Source of the DNA: an uncultured Gammaproteobacteria bacterium
GTDB taxonomy: Bacteria; Patescibacteriota; Microgenomatia; UBA8517
Direction: 5' to 3'
Assembly (NCBI GenBank): GCA_964489145.1
Contig: CAZAXL010000002.1
Coordinates: forward strand, 2,992-66,991
Length of the DNA stretch: 64,000 bases
Made by a program: the position numbers and the translations under genes. The notes below the pieces were generated by a model. The model had not been told where the DNA came from. It ran no database searches and saw only the letters and a program-made list of their open reading frames with translations. This document shows positions 38,289 through 47,261 of this stretch, piece by piece (position 1 is the stretch's first letter; every line of letters starts with the position of its first letter).

Positions 38289-39569
38289 ATGTTTAAGTCA
38301 ATTGCTCAATTTTTTGTAAAAGCCGCCAAAACCCGTTCTATCAGGAAAAAATTAATTATAACGGGGATAATACTTGTTGTTTTTAGGCTCGCGGCTCACA
38401 TTCCCGCTGCCGGAATTGATAGAGATACTCTTTCGGCACTTTTCTTGGGAAGCCCGCTTTTGTCGCTTCTGGATGTTTTTTCAGGTGGAACTTTAGCCAA
38501 CTTTTCAATTTTGGCTCTGGGATTGAACCCCTACATTAATGCCTCGATTATTTTTCAGCTTTTGGGCTATGTTGTTCCGTCAATTGCTGAACTTCAAAAA
38601 GAGGGCGAATACGGTCAGGAAAAAATAAACCAGTATACCCGTCTTGTAACAATACCCCTGGCAGCTGTTCAAGCATTTGGTATGTATGCCCTTCTTAAGG
38701 GGCAAAATATTATTACAGGATTAAGTCCAATTGATCTTTTTTCCTTGGTTATAACGATGACAGCAGGTACTATCTTTGCTGTTTGGCTCGGGGAACTGAT
38801 TACTGAGTACGGCTTCAAAAACGGAGTCTCTATACTTATTTTTGTCGGTATTATTGCCAGACTCCCCGTGATTCTAAGCCAGTCGGCAAGTATTTTTCAG
38901 TCGCAAGATATTTTCAAAATGATTATATTTTTCGCGGTACTAGTCCTAATCGTCGGCCTTGTTGTCTTTGTTGGCGAAGCGACCCGTCAAATTCCGATAC
39001 ATTATGCAAAAAGAAGAACGGAATCCGGACTCGCGGCATCTTCCTATCTTCCAATAAGACTTAATCAGGCGGGAGTTATCCCTATTATTTTTGCCGTATC
39101 TTTAGTGCTTATACCTTCGATGGTAGGACAATTTTTGTCAAATGCCTCCAACATACAAATTGCCGGCATTGCCAGAACAATGAGTACGGCATTTAGTCCT
39201 CAATCGGTTCTTTATAATGTCGTTTATTTCTTCTTGGTTTTTGGATTTACATATTTTTATACAGCAGTTGTTTTTAACCCTGAAAAAATTTCTGAAGATT
39301 TACAAAAAGGCGGCGGTTTTATTCCGGGAATAAGGCCGGGGAAAGAAACTGAAAAATATCTATCTCACATTCTTTCAAGAATTACCGTTGTGGGAGGAGC
39401 ATTTTTGGGACTTATTGCGGTGCTCCCCTCCCTTTTCCAGAACTTTGTCGGTGCTTCAAATATGGCAATAGGAGGGACAAGTATTTTGATCGTTGTCTCT
39501 GTTGTTCTGGAGATTGTTCGTGAAATAGAAGGTGAACTGGTAATGGAAAGATATGAGGGGTTTATTTAA
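38289..39569 (+). CDS. secY: Preprotein translocase subunit SecY
   Basis: 10-TM SecY topology and conserved motifs. A TATAAT box at 38269-38274 lies just upstream. Confidence 0.96.
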   Translation: MFKSIAQFFVKAAKTRSIRKKLIITGIILVVFRLAAHIPAAGIDRDTLSALFLGSPLLSLLDVFSGGTLANFSILALGLNPYINASIIFQLLGYVVPSIAELQKEGEYGQEKINQYTRLVTIPLAAVQAFGMYALLKGQNIITGLSPIDLFSLVITMTAGTIFAVWLGELITEYGFKNGVSILIFVGIIARLPVILSQSASIFQSQDIFKMIIFFAVLVLIVGLVVFVGEATRQIPIHYAKRRTESGLAASSYLPIRLNQAGVIPIIFAVSLVLIPSMVGQFLSNASNIQIAGIARTMSTAFSPQSVLYNVVYFFLVFGFTYFYTAVVFNPEKISEDLQKGGGFIPGIRPGKETEKYLSHILSRITVVGGAFLGLIAVLPSLFQNFVGASNMAIGGTSILIVVSVVLEIVREIEGELVMERYEGFI

Positions 39570-39570
39570 T

Positions 39571-40227
39571 ATGAATATTGTTTTACTTGGCTCTCCCGCT
39601 TCAGGAAAAGGTACTCAGGCCGAAATTTTGTCTGAAAAGTTTAATCTTTTTCATCTCTCGACGGGAGACGTTGCCAGGAAGCTAGCAGAAACTGACCCGA
39701 GAATTAAAGAAATTATCAATTCGGGAAAATTAATTCCCCCGGAAGAAATAACGATGCATGTGTTGGATTTTTTGGAAGACAAAAAACCCGACCTTAGAGA
39801 CATTCTCTTTGAAGGTTTTCCGAGATTTGTATCTCAATATGAAGCTTTAGACAATTTTCTGAAAAGCAAGGGGGATGACATTGACGTTGTAATTTCTTTA
39901 GAGGTTCCAATGGACATGGCAGTTAAAAGAATTTCAGCAAGGTGGATGTGCAGCGGCTGCGGTGAAATTTTTAATACAGAGTCAAAACCTCCAAAAAGCT
40001 TCGGAGTTTGCGACAAATGCGGTGGCACACTTGTCCAGCGGGATGACGATAAACCTGAAGCAGTCAAAACAAGATTTGAACATTACGTTCAAAATACAAA
40101 AGAGTTAATTGATTATATAGACACCAAAGGGAATCTTACAAAAGTGAACGGAGATCGTCCCATTGAGGAAATCGCGAAAGATTTAGAAGAAATAGTTCGG
40201 AAGGCGAAAGAAAATGATCAAAATTAA
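39571..40227 (+). CDS. adk: Adenylate kinase with a zinc-binding LID
   Basis: P-loop (GSPASGKGTQAE) and LID motif (CSGCGE...CDKCGG). Start at MNIVLLG. Confidence 0.95.
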   Translation: MNIVLLGSPASGKGTQAEILSEKFNLFHLSTGDVARKLAETDPRIKEIINSGKLIPPEEITMHVLDFLEDKKPDLRDILFEGFPRFVSQYEALDNFLKSKGDDIDVVISLEVPMDMAVKRISARWMCSGCGEIFNTESKPPKSFGVCDKCGGTLVQRDDDKPEAVKTRFEHYVQNTKELIDYIDTKGNLTKVNGDRPIEEIAKDLEEIVRKAKENDQN

Positions 40228-40963
40228 ATCTCCAGGAGAAATTCAAATTATAAGTGAGGGGGGTATCAGGCTTGGTAGAATTAAGAAAGCGTTGGCCACT
40301 GCGGTTAAGCCGGGTGTAACGGCTCTTGATATCGAAAACTTGGCGATGAAGTTAATAAAAGAGGAAGGAGTCGAGCCGTCTTTTGATAAAGAACCCAATT
40401 ATTACTGGGCGACATGTATAAATATAAACGAAGGGCTGGTGCACGGAATTCCAACCTCCGATGTTATTTTTAAAAACGGTGACATAGTCAGTATTGATGT
40501 TGGAGTTTATTACAAGGGTTTTCACACAGATACATCTATTACTGTTGGGGTAAGCCCCGCACCGGAAGTTAAAAAATTTTTAGGTACGGGAGAACTGGCT
40601 TTGCAAAAAGCCCTAAAAGAAGTTAAAGAAGGCAACTATATTTATGATATTTCGAATGCAATACAGCAAGTTGTTGAGGGTGCGGGATATTCAACCATAA
40701 AAGCGCTTGTCGGACATGGGGTAGGACGCAAACTCCACGAGGATCCGCAAATTCCATGTTTTGTACCCGAAAGGGTTGAGGACAGTCCTATAATCAAAAA
40801 GGGAATGGTACTGGCAGTTGAAGTGATGTACGCAGCGGGATCCGACAAAGTTGAGATCTTGGAAGACGGATGGACAATTGCCATGCGTGATGGTAAAATA
40901 TCAGGACTTTTCGAGGATACAGTTGCCGTAACGGAAAAAGGAGCACAAGTTTTAACGAGATGA
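40214..40963 (+). CDS. map: Methionine aminopeptidase type I
   Basis: Pita-bread-fold metal ligands (D..D..H..E..E pattern). Confidence 0.93.
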   Translation: MIKIKSPGEIQIISEGGIRLGRIKKALATAVKPGVTALDIENLAMKLIKEEGVEPSFDKEPNYYWATCININEGLVHGIPTSDVIFKNGDIVSIDVGVYYKGFHTDTSITVGVSPAPEVKKFLGTGELALQKALKEVKEGNYIYDISNAIQQVVEGAGYSTIKALVGHGVGRKLHEDPQIPCFVPERVEDSPIIKKGMVLAVEVMYAAGSDKVEILEDGWTIAMRDGKISGLFEDTVAVTEKGAQVLTR

Positions 40964-41175
40964 AAACCAAGAATGTAGTTGAGGTAGATGGTGCAGTGTC
41001 TGCCGCCCTTCCCAACACAATGTTCAGAGTTGAGCTTGTGGATGGCAAAGTCATTTTGGCAACATTGACCGGGAGAATGCGCAGGAATTACACAAGAGTT
41101 TTTCCGGGAGATAGGGTAAAAGTCGAAATGACACCTTACGACGAAGGTAGAGGCCGAATAGTATATAAATATTAA
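40960..41175 (+). CDS. infA: Translation initiation factor IF-1
   Basis: S1-like OB fold of 71 aa ([21 protein letters not shown]). Confidence 0.93.
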   Translation: MKTKNVVEVDGAVSAALPNTMFRVELVDGKVILATLTGRMRRNYTRVFPGDRVKVEMTPYDEGRGRIVYKY

Positions 41176-41186
41176 TACTAAAATAT

Positions 41187-41300
41187 ATGAAAGTTTTAAG
41201 TTCGATAAAAGCCAGATGTAAGGACTGTAAGATTGTTAGGCGCAAAGGCGTTTTATACGTCATTTGCAAAAATCCCAGGCATAAGCAGCGTCAGGGATGA
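41187..41300 (+). CDS. rpmJ: 50S ribosomal protein L36 (37 aa); absent from the ORF track because it is under 60 aa
   Basis: Translation [37 protein letters not shown] has the C-x2-C...C-x4-H zinc motif and sits in the canonical infA-rpmJ-rpsM position. Confidence 0.9.
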   Translation: MKVLSSIKARCKDCKIVRRKGVLYVICKNPRHKQRQG

Positions 41301-41338
41301 CGAAAACAAGCCAGGATTAATTTCCTATTTATTAAAAC

Positions 41339-41749
41339 ATGACAAGAATTGCCGGCATTGATTTACAAGATAACTGGAAAGCAGATTATGCTCTAACTAA
41401 AATTAGAGGGTTAGGCTGGACTTTGTCCGAAAAAATCTTAAAAGATTGTGGTATCGATATCAAAAAAAGGGTGTCGGATTTGTCCAGTGAAGAAATTTCA
41501 AAAATAAATGCGGAACTTGAAAAATATCAAATAGAAGGCGATATAGCCAGAGTAGTCAGGGAAAACATTCAAAGACTGCAAATAATCGGTTCGTATCGTG
41601 GTATGAGGCATGCGAGAGGTCTTCCGGCGAGAGGTCAGAGAACAAGAACAAACGCCCGTACAAAACGAGGAAAAAGAAAGACGGTGGGAGCCTTTAAGAA
41701 AGAAATGCTGTCCAAGATGAATACAAACAAAGACGAAAAAGCAAAATAA
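41339..41749 (+). CDS. rpsM: 30S ribosomal protein S13
   Basis: MTRIAGIDL N-terminus. Confidence 0.95.
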   Translation: MTRIAGIDLQDNWKADYALTKIRGLGWTLSEKILKDCGIDIKKRVSDLSSEEISKINAELEKYQIEGDIARVVRENIQRLQIIGSYRGMRHARGLPARGQRTRTNARTKRGKRKTVGAFKKEMLSKMNTNKDEKAK

Positions 41750-41753
41750 TCAT

Positions 41754-42137
41754 ATGACAACTAAAGCTAAAAAAACAATCAATAAGGAAGTCGGTTTGGG
41801 TAGAGTTTATATTTCCGCTTCCTTTAACAACACCTTGGTAACCGTCACAAATACCCAAGGAGAGACTTTAGCCTGGGGGTCCTCAGGAGCGTCCGGGTTT
41901 AAAGGTACAAGGCGCGCAACACCATTTGCCGCAACAAGTGCGGTTGAAAAAGTGATAAATAAGGTTAAAGATGTGAATGGGGTTAGCGAAGTTGAAATTT
42001 ATGTTAAAGGTCCCGGTGCGGGACGTGATGCAGCTTTAAGAGCTATAAAGGCTACGGGAGTTAAAATTTCCTTGATTGCAGATATTACACCGGTTCCACA
42101 TAACGGACCAAGACCGAAGAAGAAACGTAGGGTTTAA
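41754..42137 (+). CDS. rpsK: 30S ribosomal protein S11
   Basis: S11 signature. Confidence 0.95.
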   Translation: MTTKAKKTINKEVGLGRVYISASFNNTLVTVTNTQGETLAWGSSGASGFKGTRRATPFAATSAVEKVINKVKDVNGVSEVEIYVKGPGAGRDAALRAIKATGVKISLIADITPVPHNGPRPKKKRRV

Positions 42138-42150
42138 AATTTAAAAATAT

Positions 42151-42750
42151 ATGGCAAAATACGTCGGACCAAAAGACAGATTAAGCAGGCGCGAAGCATT
42201 TGATATTTTCAGTGCAGGCGCGAAGTTAACGAGACTTAATGTTCCTCCTGGAGTTCATGGACCAAAGGGAACAGGGGGCTCTTCTCAATATGGTAAACAA
42301 CTTCGTGAGAAACAAAAGGTTAAGAGAATTTATGGCATTTTGGAGAAGCAGTTTAGAAGATACGTCAATGAAGCCTCTAAATCCAGAGGAAATACCGGAG
42401 AGGCACTCTTGGTTAGCCTTGAAAGACGTCTCGATAATACCGTTTTTAGATTGGGCTTTACTCCCAGTAGGCCGGCAGCCAGACAAATCGTTTCTCATAG
42501 GCATGTTTTAGTGAATGGCCAGAAAGTAAATATACCTTCATTTAGCTTGAAGGTTGGAGATGTTGTTACACTGGATGCCAAAGCCTCAAGTATACCTGAG
42601 GTTAAAAATGCTTTTGATCAAAAAGACCTAAAAGTCCCGTCCTGGCTTGAAAGAAAGGCACTTGTCGGCAAGGTTTCATCGTACCCGAAGCGTGAGGATA
42701 TAACTGAGTCGATAAGCGAGCAGGATATAGTTGAGTTCTATTCCAGATAA
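42151..42750 (+). CDS. rpsD: 30S ribosomal protein S4
   Basis: S4 N-terminus and S4 RNA-binding domain. Confidence 0.95.
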   Translation: MAKYVGPKDRLSRREAFDIFSAGAKLTRLNVPPGVHGPKGTGGSSQYGKQLREKQKVKRIYGILEKQFRRYVNEASKSRGNTGEALLVSLERRLDNTVFRLGFTPSRPAARQIVSHRHVLVNGQKVNIPSFSLKVGDVVTLDAKASSIPEVKNAFDQKDLKVPSWLERKALVGKVSSYPKREDITESISEQDIVEFYSR

Positions 42751-42907
42751 GCGAAGCTTGACTGGAAATGAATTTGATGAATACTCGAGGTAACACCGAG
42801 AGATGAGTCTGACGAATATTCCAATAAGCCTGGAAAGGAGTATGGTGACTATTCCAGGTAATTCCAGAGAGGGGCAGTGTCCCATTCAATGGGTCCAGAA
42901 GATCGTG

Positions 42908-42936
42908 TTGAAATCAGCTTGAGGGTAGGATATAAT
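42908..42936 (+). promoter_or_regulatory. Putative promoter for rpoA-rplQ (TTGAAA, 17-nt spacer, TATAAT)
   Basis: TTGAAA at 42908-42913 and TATAAT at 42931-42936, within a 210-nt spacer between rpsD and rpoA. Confidence 0.5.
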
Positions 42937-42961
42937 ACCTACATTCGTTATAACGATAAAT

Positions 42962-43879
42962 ATGAACGAACCAACTTTTGAAATAAAGGAAGAAAAGAAA
43001 GAAACCAATTACGGCAGATTTGCCATCACCCCCCTCGAACAGGGATATGGGCTTACTATTGGCAATGCATTAAGAAGGGTTCTTTTAGTGTCTCTTCAGG
43101 GCATGGCAATCACCTCCGTCAAAATTGCCGGCGTTAAGCATCAATTTTCTACTTTGTCAGGAATGAAGGAGGATACAGTCGAATTCATCCTTAACCTCAA
43201 AAAAGTCAGATTCTCGGGAAGCACAGATAAATCAGTTAAGGCAACTTTGGAAGTGAACAAAGCCGGCGAATTTACAGCCAAGGAAATTAAAGTTGGCGGG
43301 GGAATCGAAGTTGCAAACCCCGATCTTGTTTTAGGCACTCTTAATAAAGGCTCAAAACTTTCAGCCGAAATAACAATTGAAAGCGGTTTTGGTTTTTCGC
43401 CCGCAGAGGATAGGCCATCTGACACGATCGGCCTTATCCCGGTTGACGCATCTTTTTCGCCCGTAAAAAGAGTAAGTTATAAAATTGAAGAAACTCGTGT
43501 CGGTAGACTGACAAATTACGATAAACTTATTTTGGAAATTTGGACCGATGGGACAATTGAAGCTGGCAGTGCAATTACAGATTCGGCAAAAACATTGATG
43601 AGTTACTTTGCCCAAATCGTTAATCCTAGAGTAGTAGAAAAACAAGAAGAAGCCCCCAAGGATGAGTTGGGACTCACCGGTAAACTTTCAGTTGAAGAGA
43701 TTGGACTTCCAACAAGAGTAGCCAATGCTTTGATTAAGGCAGGTTTTGAAACAGTTGAACAGCTTGCTCATGCAAAGAAAGAAGATTTGGTAAAAGTCAG
43801 AAACCTCGGTGAAAAATCCCTCAAAATTGTAGCTGCAGCACTCGGAACAAAAGGTGTCGAGTTCCTCGCAATTAAGTAA
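42962..43879 (+). CDS. rpoA: DNA-directed RNA polymerase subunit alpha
   Basis: N-terminal dimerisation domain and C-terminal HhH domain (GLPTRVANALIKAGFETVEQL). Confidence 0.95.
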   Translation: MNEPTFEIKEEKKETNYGRFAITPLEQGYGLTIGNALRRVLLVSLQGMAITSVKIAGVKHQFSTLSGMKEDTVEFILNLKKVRFSGSTDKSVKATLEVNKAGEFTAKEIKVGGGIEVANPDLVLGTLNKGSKLSAEITIESGFGFSPAEDRPSDTIGLIPVDASFSPVKRVSYKIEETRVGRLTNYDKLILEIWTDGTIEAGSAITDSAKTLMSYFAQIVNPRVVEKQEEAPKDELGLTGKLSVEEIGLPTRVANALIKAGFETVEQLAHAKKEDLVKVRNLGEKSLKIVAAALGTKGVEFLAIK

Positions 43880-43884
43880 AACCT

Positions 43885-44346
43885 ATGAACAAGAAAGTGT
43901 TCGGAAGAAAACTTTCCCGATCTCGTCCGGCTAGAGAAGCCCTGTTTGCCTCTTTAGCGAAGGCCTTGATCATGAATGGGAAAATAGTAACCACCCGTGC
44001 AAAAGCAAAGGCGGTTATAGGGAGCGTGGAAAAAATGGTAACTCTTTCTAAAAAGGGAAACCTTGCATCAAGGAGAAAAGTTTTGGGAAAGTTGGACAAC
44101 AAAAGAGAAGCAACGGAAGTTCTTTTTAAAAACATTGCCAAAGCTTTTTCTGGGAAAAACTCAGGTTTTGTAAGGTCGATTTCTCTTCCAAGAAGAGTTG
44201 GGGATAATGCACAAATGGTAAGATTGGAATGGACAGAGAAGATCGAATACGACGCAAAATTGAAAGAGGAAAAAAAGTCTAAGAAAGCAGAAAAAAAAGA
44301 GGAAAAGAAAGAAACTAAAAAAGTCATCAAAAAAGAAGAAAAATGA
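43885..44346 (+). CDS. rplQ: 50S ribosomal protein L17 with a Lys/Glu-rich C-terminal tail
   Basis: L17 core; tail KLKEEKKSKKAEKKEEKKETKKVIKKEEK. Confidence 0.92.
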   Translation: MNKKVFGRKLSRSRPAREALFASLAKALIMNGKIVTTRAKAKAVIGSVEKMVTLSKKGNLASRRKVLGKLDNKREATEVLFKNIAKAFSGKNSGFVRSISLPRRVGDNAQMVRLEWTEKIEYDAKLKEEKKSKKAEKKEEKKETKKVIKKEEK

Positions 44347-44765
44347 AAACATTTCAACCGACACCAAAAGATATTAAAAGAAAATGGCATTTAGTTGATG
44401 CCAAAGACGAAATCCTGGGAAGACTTGCAACTAAAGTCGCAGAATTTTTGACCGGTAAGGGAAAAACAACGTTTAGCCGCCATATGGATACGGGGGATTA
44501 TGTTGTTGTAATTAATGCAGAAAAAATAATGGTTTCCGGCAGGAAAGCATCACAGAAAGTTTACAGAACTCATTCGGGTTATCCCTCAGGATTTAAAGAA
44601 AAATCCTATGACATGGTAATGAGATCACATCCTGAAAGAATAATCGAGCACGCGGTTTCCGGCATGATCCCCGATAATCGTTTAAAAAGTGATAGGATGT
44701 TAAGACTTAAGGTAGTAGTCGGAGATAAAAACCCATATGAGGCAGAATTTAACAAACAAAAATGA
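44343..44765 (+). CDS. rplM: 50S ribosomal protein L13
   Basis: L13 signature (KWHLVDAKDEILGRLA). Confidence 0.95.
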   Translation: MKTFQPTPKDIKRKWHLVDAKDEILGRLATKVAEFLTGKGKTTFSRHMDTGDYVVVINAEKIMVSGRKASQKVYRTHSGYPSGFKEKSYDMVMRSHPERIIEHAVSGMIPDNRLKSDRMLRLKVVVGDKNPYEAEFNKQK

Positions 44766-45172
44766 CAAAAATTAAAAAAATTGGTTACATATTTGCAATC
44801 GGGAGAAGGAAAGAAAGCTCCGCCCGCATCAGGCTCTATCGTGGAAAAGGGGAAAACACAGTCAATGGAATGTCTGCCTCAAAGTATTTTCCGGGAGAGC
44901 TCAATGCAAAAGTAATTGCTAAACCATTTGGAGCTACAGAGACATCCGACAAATATTATTTTTCGGCAAAGGTTGCAGGGGGCGGAAAAGAAGGACAGCT
45001 GAATGCCCTTACTTTGGGAATTTCCAGAGGTCTTGTAAAAGTTGCGCCTGATAAAAATAAAATTATTTTGAAGAAATTGAATCTTTTAACCAGAGACTCC
45101 AGGGAGAGACAAAGAAGGATGGTTGGTAAGGGCGGAAAAGCCAGACGCGCCAAGCAAAGTCCGAAGCGTTAA
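44762..45172 (+). CDS. rpsI: 30S ribosomal protein S9
   Basis: C-terminal GGKARRAKQSPKR signature. Confidence 0.95.
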   Translation: MTKIKKIGYIFAIGRRKESSARIRLYRGKGENTVNGMSASKYFPGELNAKVIAKPFGATETSDKYYFSAKVAGGGKEGQLNALTLGISRGLVKVAPDKNKIILKKLNLLTRDSRERQRRMVGKGGKARRAKQSPKR

Positions 45173-45266
45173 AAAACAGTTGAAATTCTGAGCGCTGTCG
45201 GAGGACAATTTCCAAAAAAAATAAGCTTCTATACTAAACACGGCTTGCCTCTCGGTATTTTTAATA

Positions 45267-45280
45267 CCTCGTGGTAAAAT
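45267..45280 (+). promoter_or_regulatory. Extended -10 promoter element (CCTCGTGGTAAAAT) upstream of tRNA-Pro
   Basis: TGn-TAAAAT ends 12 nt before the tRNA 5' end. The same 14-mer recurs upstream of rny. Confidence 0.5.
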
Positions 45281-45292
45281 GGCTTTGAATTA

Positions 45293-45363
45293 CGGGGTGT
45301 AGTTCACCGGTAGAATAGGCGCATGGGGTGCGTCTGAACTCGGTCCAATTCCGAGCACCCCGA
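45293..45363 (+). tRNA. tRNA-Pro (anticodon GGG), CCA not encoded
   Basis: Cloverleaf folded by hand: 7-bp acceptor stem with C1-G72 and discriminator A73, a 4-bp D stem, an anticodon stem GGCGC/GCGTC with loop aTGGGgt, a 4-nt variable loop, T stem CTCGG/CCGAG. Position 55 is C rather than U. Confidence 0.8.
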
Positions 45364-45420
45364 CTAGAATCAATTTTCCCCATTGAATTATTTTAACCGC
45401 CGTTGTAAAAGATAGAGACA

Positions 45421-46503
45421 ATGCCAAAATCAAAAAAACCTGAAATTGAAGCTCCGGTTAAGCAGGAAGGAAGCTCCGCAAAACTTCAAGCGATAAGGCT
45501 TGCGATGGATCAGATTGAAAAACAATATGGAAAAGGATCCATTATGCGTTTAGGTGGGGATTCCGGCGAAAAATACAAGATTGACGTAATTTCCACGGGT
45601 TCATTGGCGGTTGATTTGGCACTGGGTGTTGGAGGGCTTCCCAGAGGCCGTATAGTCGAAATCTACGGGCCTGAAGCCTCAGGGAAGACCACTCTAGCCC
45701 TTTCTGTTGTTGCTGAGGCTCAGAAGCACGGTGGACAGTGTGCGTTTGTAGACGCCGAGCACGCGCTTGACCCTGTCCGTGCCGAAATACTTGGAGTTGA
45801 CCTTGACAACCTTCTTATGTCTCAGCCCGACACAGGTGAGCAAGCTTTGGAAATTACGGAAACTTTAATCAGATCCGGTGCAATCGACGTTGTAGTAGTT
45901 GATTCTGTTGCAGCCCTTGTACCGAGGGCGGAACTTGAAGGGGAAATGGGAGATGCTGTCATGGGAATGCAGGCTCGCCTTATGTCTCAAGCGTTAAGAA
46001 AACTAACAGGGGCAATTTCCAAAAGTAAAACCGTTCTAATATTTACCAACCAGCTTAGACAAAAAATCGGAGTTATGTTTGGTAATCCGGAAACAACTCC
46101 GGGAGGATTGGCTCTTAAATTCTATTCATCCGTGAGAATTGATCTTAGAAGAATAGAGGTTCTTAAAGATGGGGAGAAAGTGATCGGTTCAAGACATCGT
46201 GCTCGCATTGTCAAAAACAAAGTCGCACCCCCGCTTCGCGTTGCCGAGTTTGACATAATGGAGTCTGAAGGAATCAGTAGAGGCGGAGGAATTTTGGATG
46301 TGGGACTTGAACTTGGGATTATTGGTAAAAGCGGTTCATTCTTTAATTATGAAGACAAACCCATCGCTCAAGGTAAGGAAGCCGCCAAACTTTATTTGAG
46401 AGATAACCCCAAGATTGCGGACGAAATCGACAAAAAAATCCGCGATATAGTAGCTTCAGGGAAAAAACTGCCAAAAGAAATTGGAGAAGAAAAGGAAGAC
46501 TGA
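45421..46503 (+). CDS. recA: Recombinase RecA
   Basis: Walker [10 protein letters not shown] and RecA L1/L2 loop motifs. Confidence 0.97.
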   Translation: MPKSKKPEIEAPVKQEGSSAKLQAIRLAMDQIEKQYGKGSIMRLGGDSGEKYKIDVISTGSLAVDLALGVGGLPRGRIVEIYGPEASGKTTLALSVVAEAQKHGGQCAFVDAEHALDPVRAEILGVDLDNLLMSQPDTGEQALEITETLIRSGAIDVVVVDSVAALVPRAELEGEMGDAVMGMQARLMSQALRKLTGAISKSKTVLIFTNQLRQKIGVMFGNPETTPGGLALKFYSSVRIDLRRIEVLKDGEKVIGSRHRARIVKNKVAPPLRVAEFDIMESEGISRGGGILDVGLELGIIGKSGSFFNYEDKPIAQGKEAAKLYLRDNPKIADEIDKKIRDIVASGKKLPKEIGEEKED

Positions 46504-46514
46504 TCTTTCGGCAT

Positions 46515-47126
46515 ATGCCAACTGTTACCCTGCTTAAGCCTCAAAAAAACGGCAAAAGAGTCAACGTCTATCTTGACGGAGTCTTCAGTTTCGGAATTGA
46601 TCTTGATAATCTTGTTTTATCTCATATTAAAATAGGCACGGAGTTGACGGACGACGAAGTTAAAAAAATAATCAGGAAAGCTGAATTTCAAAAAACCCTA
46701 GACAAACTTCTCAGATTTACGATGCTCAGGCCCAGAAGCGAAAAGGAGATAAACAACTACTTGAAAAGGAAAAAAGTTCATGAAAGTTTACACGAGAGTT
46801 TATTTGAAAAATTAAAACATCTTGAGCTTTTGGATGATGTTAAGTTTGCAAAATGGTGGGTTGAACAAAGACTGGCTTTCAAGAAGATCTCTGTCAAAGT
46901 TTTGAAACTGGAACTTGGCGGTAAGGGAATCAGCAGAAATGTTATTGATGATATTTTGGAAGAAGCTCCAATTGACGAGGAAAAAATGGCAAGAGAACTT
47001 TTGGAAAAAAGAGCCTATAAATGGGATAAAATGGACTCTAAAATTGCCAAACAAAAAAAGTTTCAATATTTGGCAGGAAAGGGATTCAGTTGGGATGTCA
47101 TTGAAAAAGTGGTTATAAAAAGATAA
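46515..47126 (+). CDS. recX: Regulatory protein RecX
   Basis: Three-helix repeat architecture with a YLDGVFSFGID-type N-terminus, directly downstream of recA. Confidence 0.8.
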   Translation: MPTVTLLKPQKNGKRVNVYLDGVFSFGIDLDNLVLSHIKIGTELTDDEVKKIIRKAEFQKTLDKLLRFTMLRPRSEKEINNYLKRKKVHESLHESLFEKLKHLELLDDVKFAKWWVEQRLAFKKISVKVLKLELGGKGISRNVIDDILEEAPIDEEKMARELLEKRAYKWDKMDSKIAKQKKFQYLAGKGFSWDVIEKVVIKR

Positions 47127-47133
47127 CCGTAGC

Positions 47134-47162
47134 TTGCCACTCCCAGGACCTCGTGGTAAAAT
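47134..47162 (+). promoter_or_regulatory. Promoter upstream of rny (TTGCCA, 17-nt spacer, extended -10 TGGTAAAAT)
   Basis: TTGCCA at 47134-47139. The CCTCGTGGTAAAAT 14-mer at 47149-47162 is identical to the one upstream of tRNA-Pro. Confidence 0.5.
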
Positions 47163-47261
47163 ATACCCAGAGTCAAAGATATGAGCAAGAAAGCAATAAA
47201 TACGGCTTCTTCGTTCGTTATACACCTTGTCTAAGGTGTATTCTTCTTTGTCTCGCAAAAT

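Noticed and set aside
42816-42900. 27-codon ORF (MVTIPGNSREGQCPIQWVQKIVLKSA) in the rpsD–rpoA spacer
   Set aside because: The SD-like AGGAG is only 1 nt from the ATG, there is no conservation signal, and the region is better explained as structured RNA plus promoter.
43872-44390. 172-aa minus-strand ORF plus a 68-aa Phe-rich ORF at 44161-44367
   Set aside because: Antisense to rplQ; produced by the Lys/Glu-rich AAG/GAA repeat of the L17 tail read in reverse.
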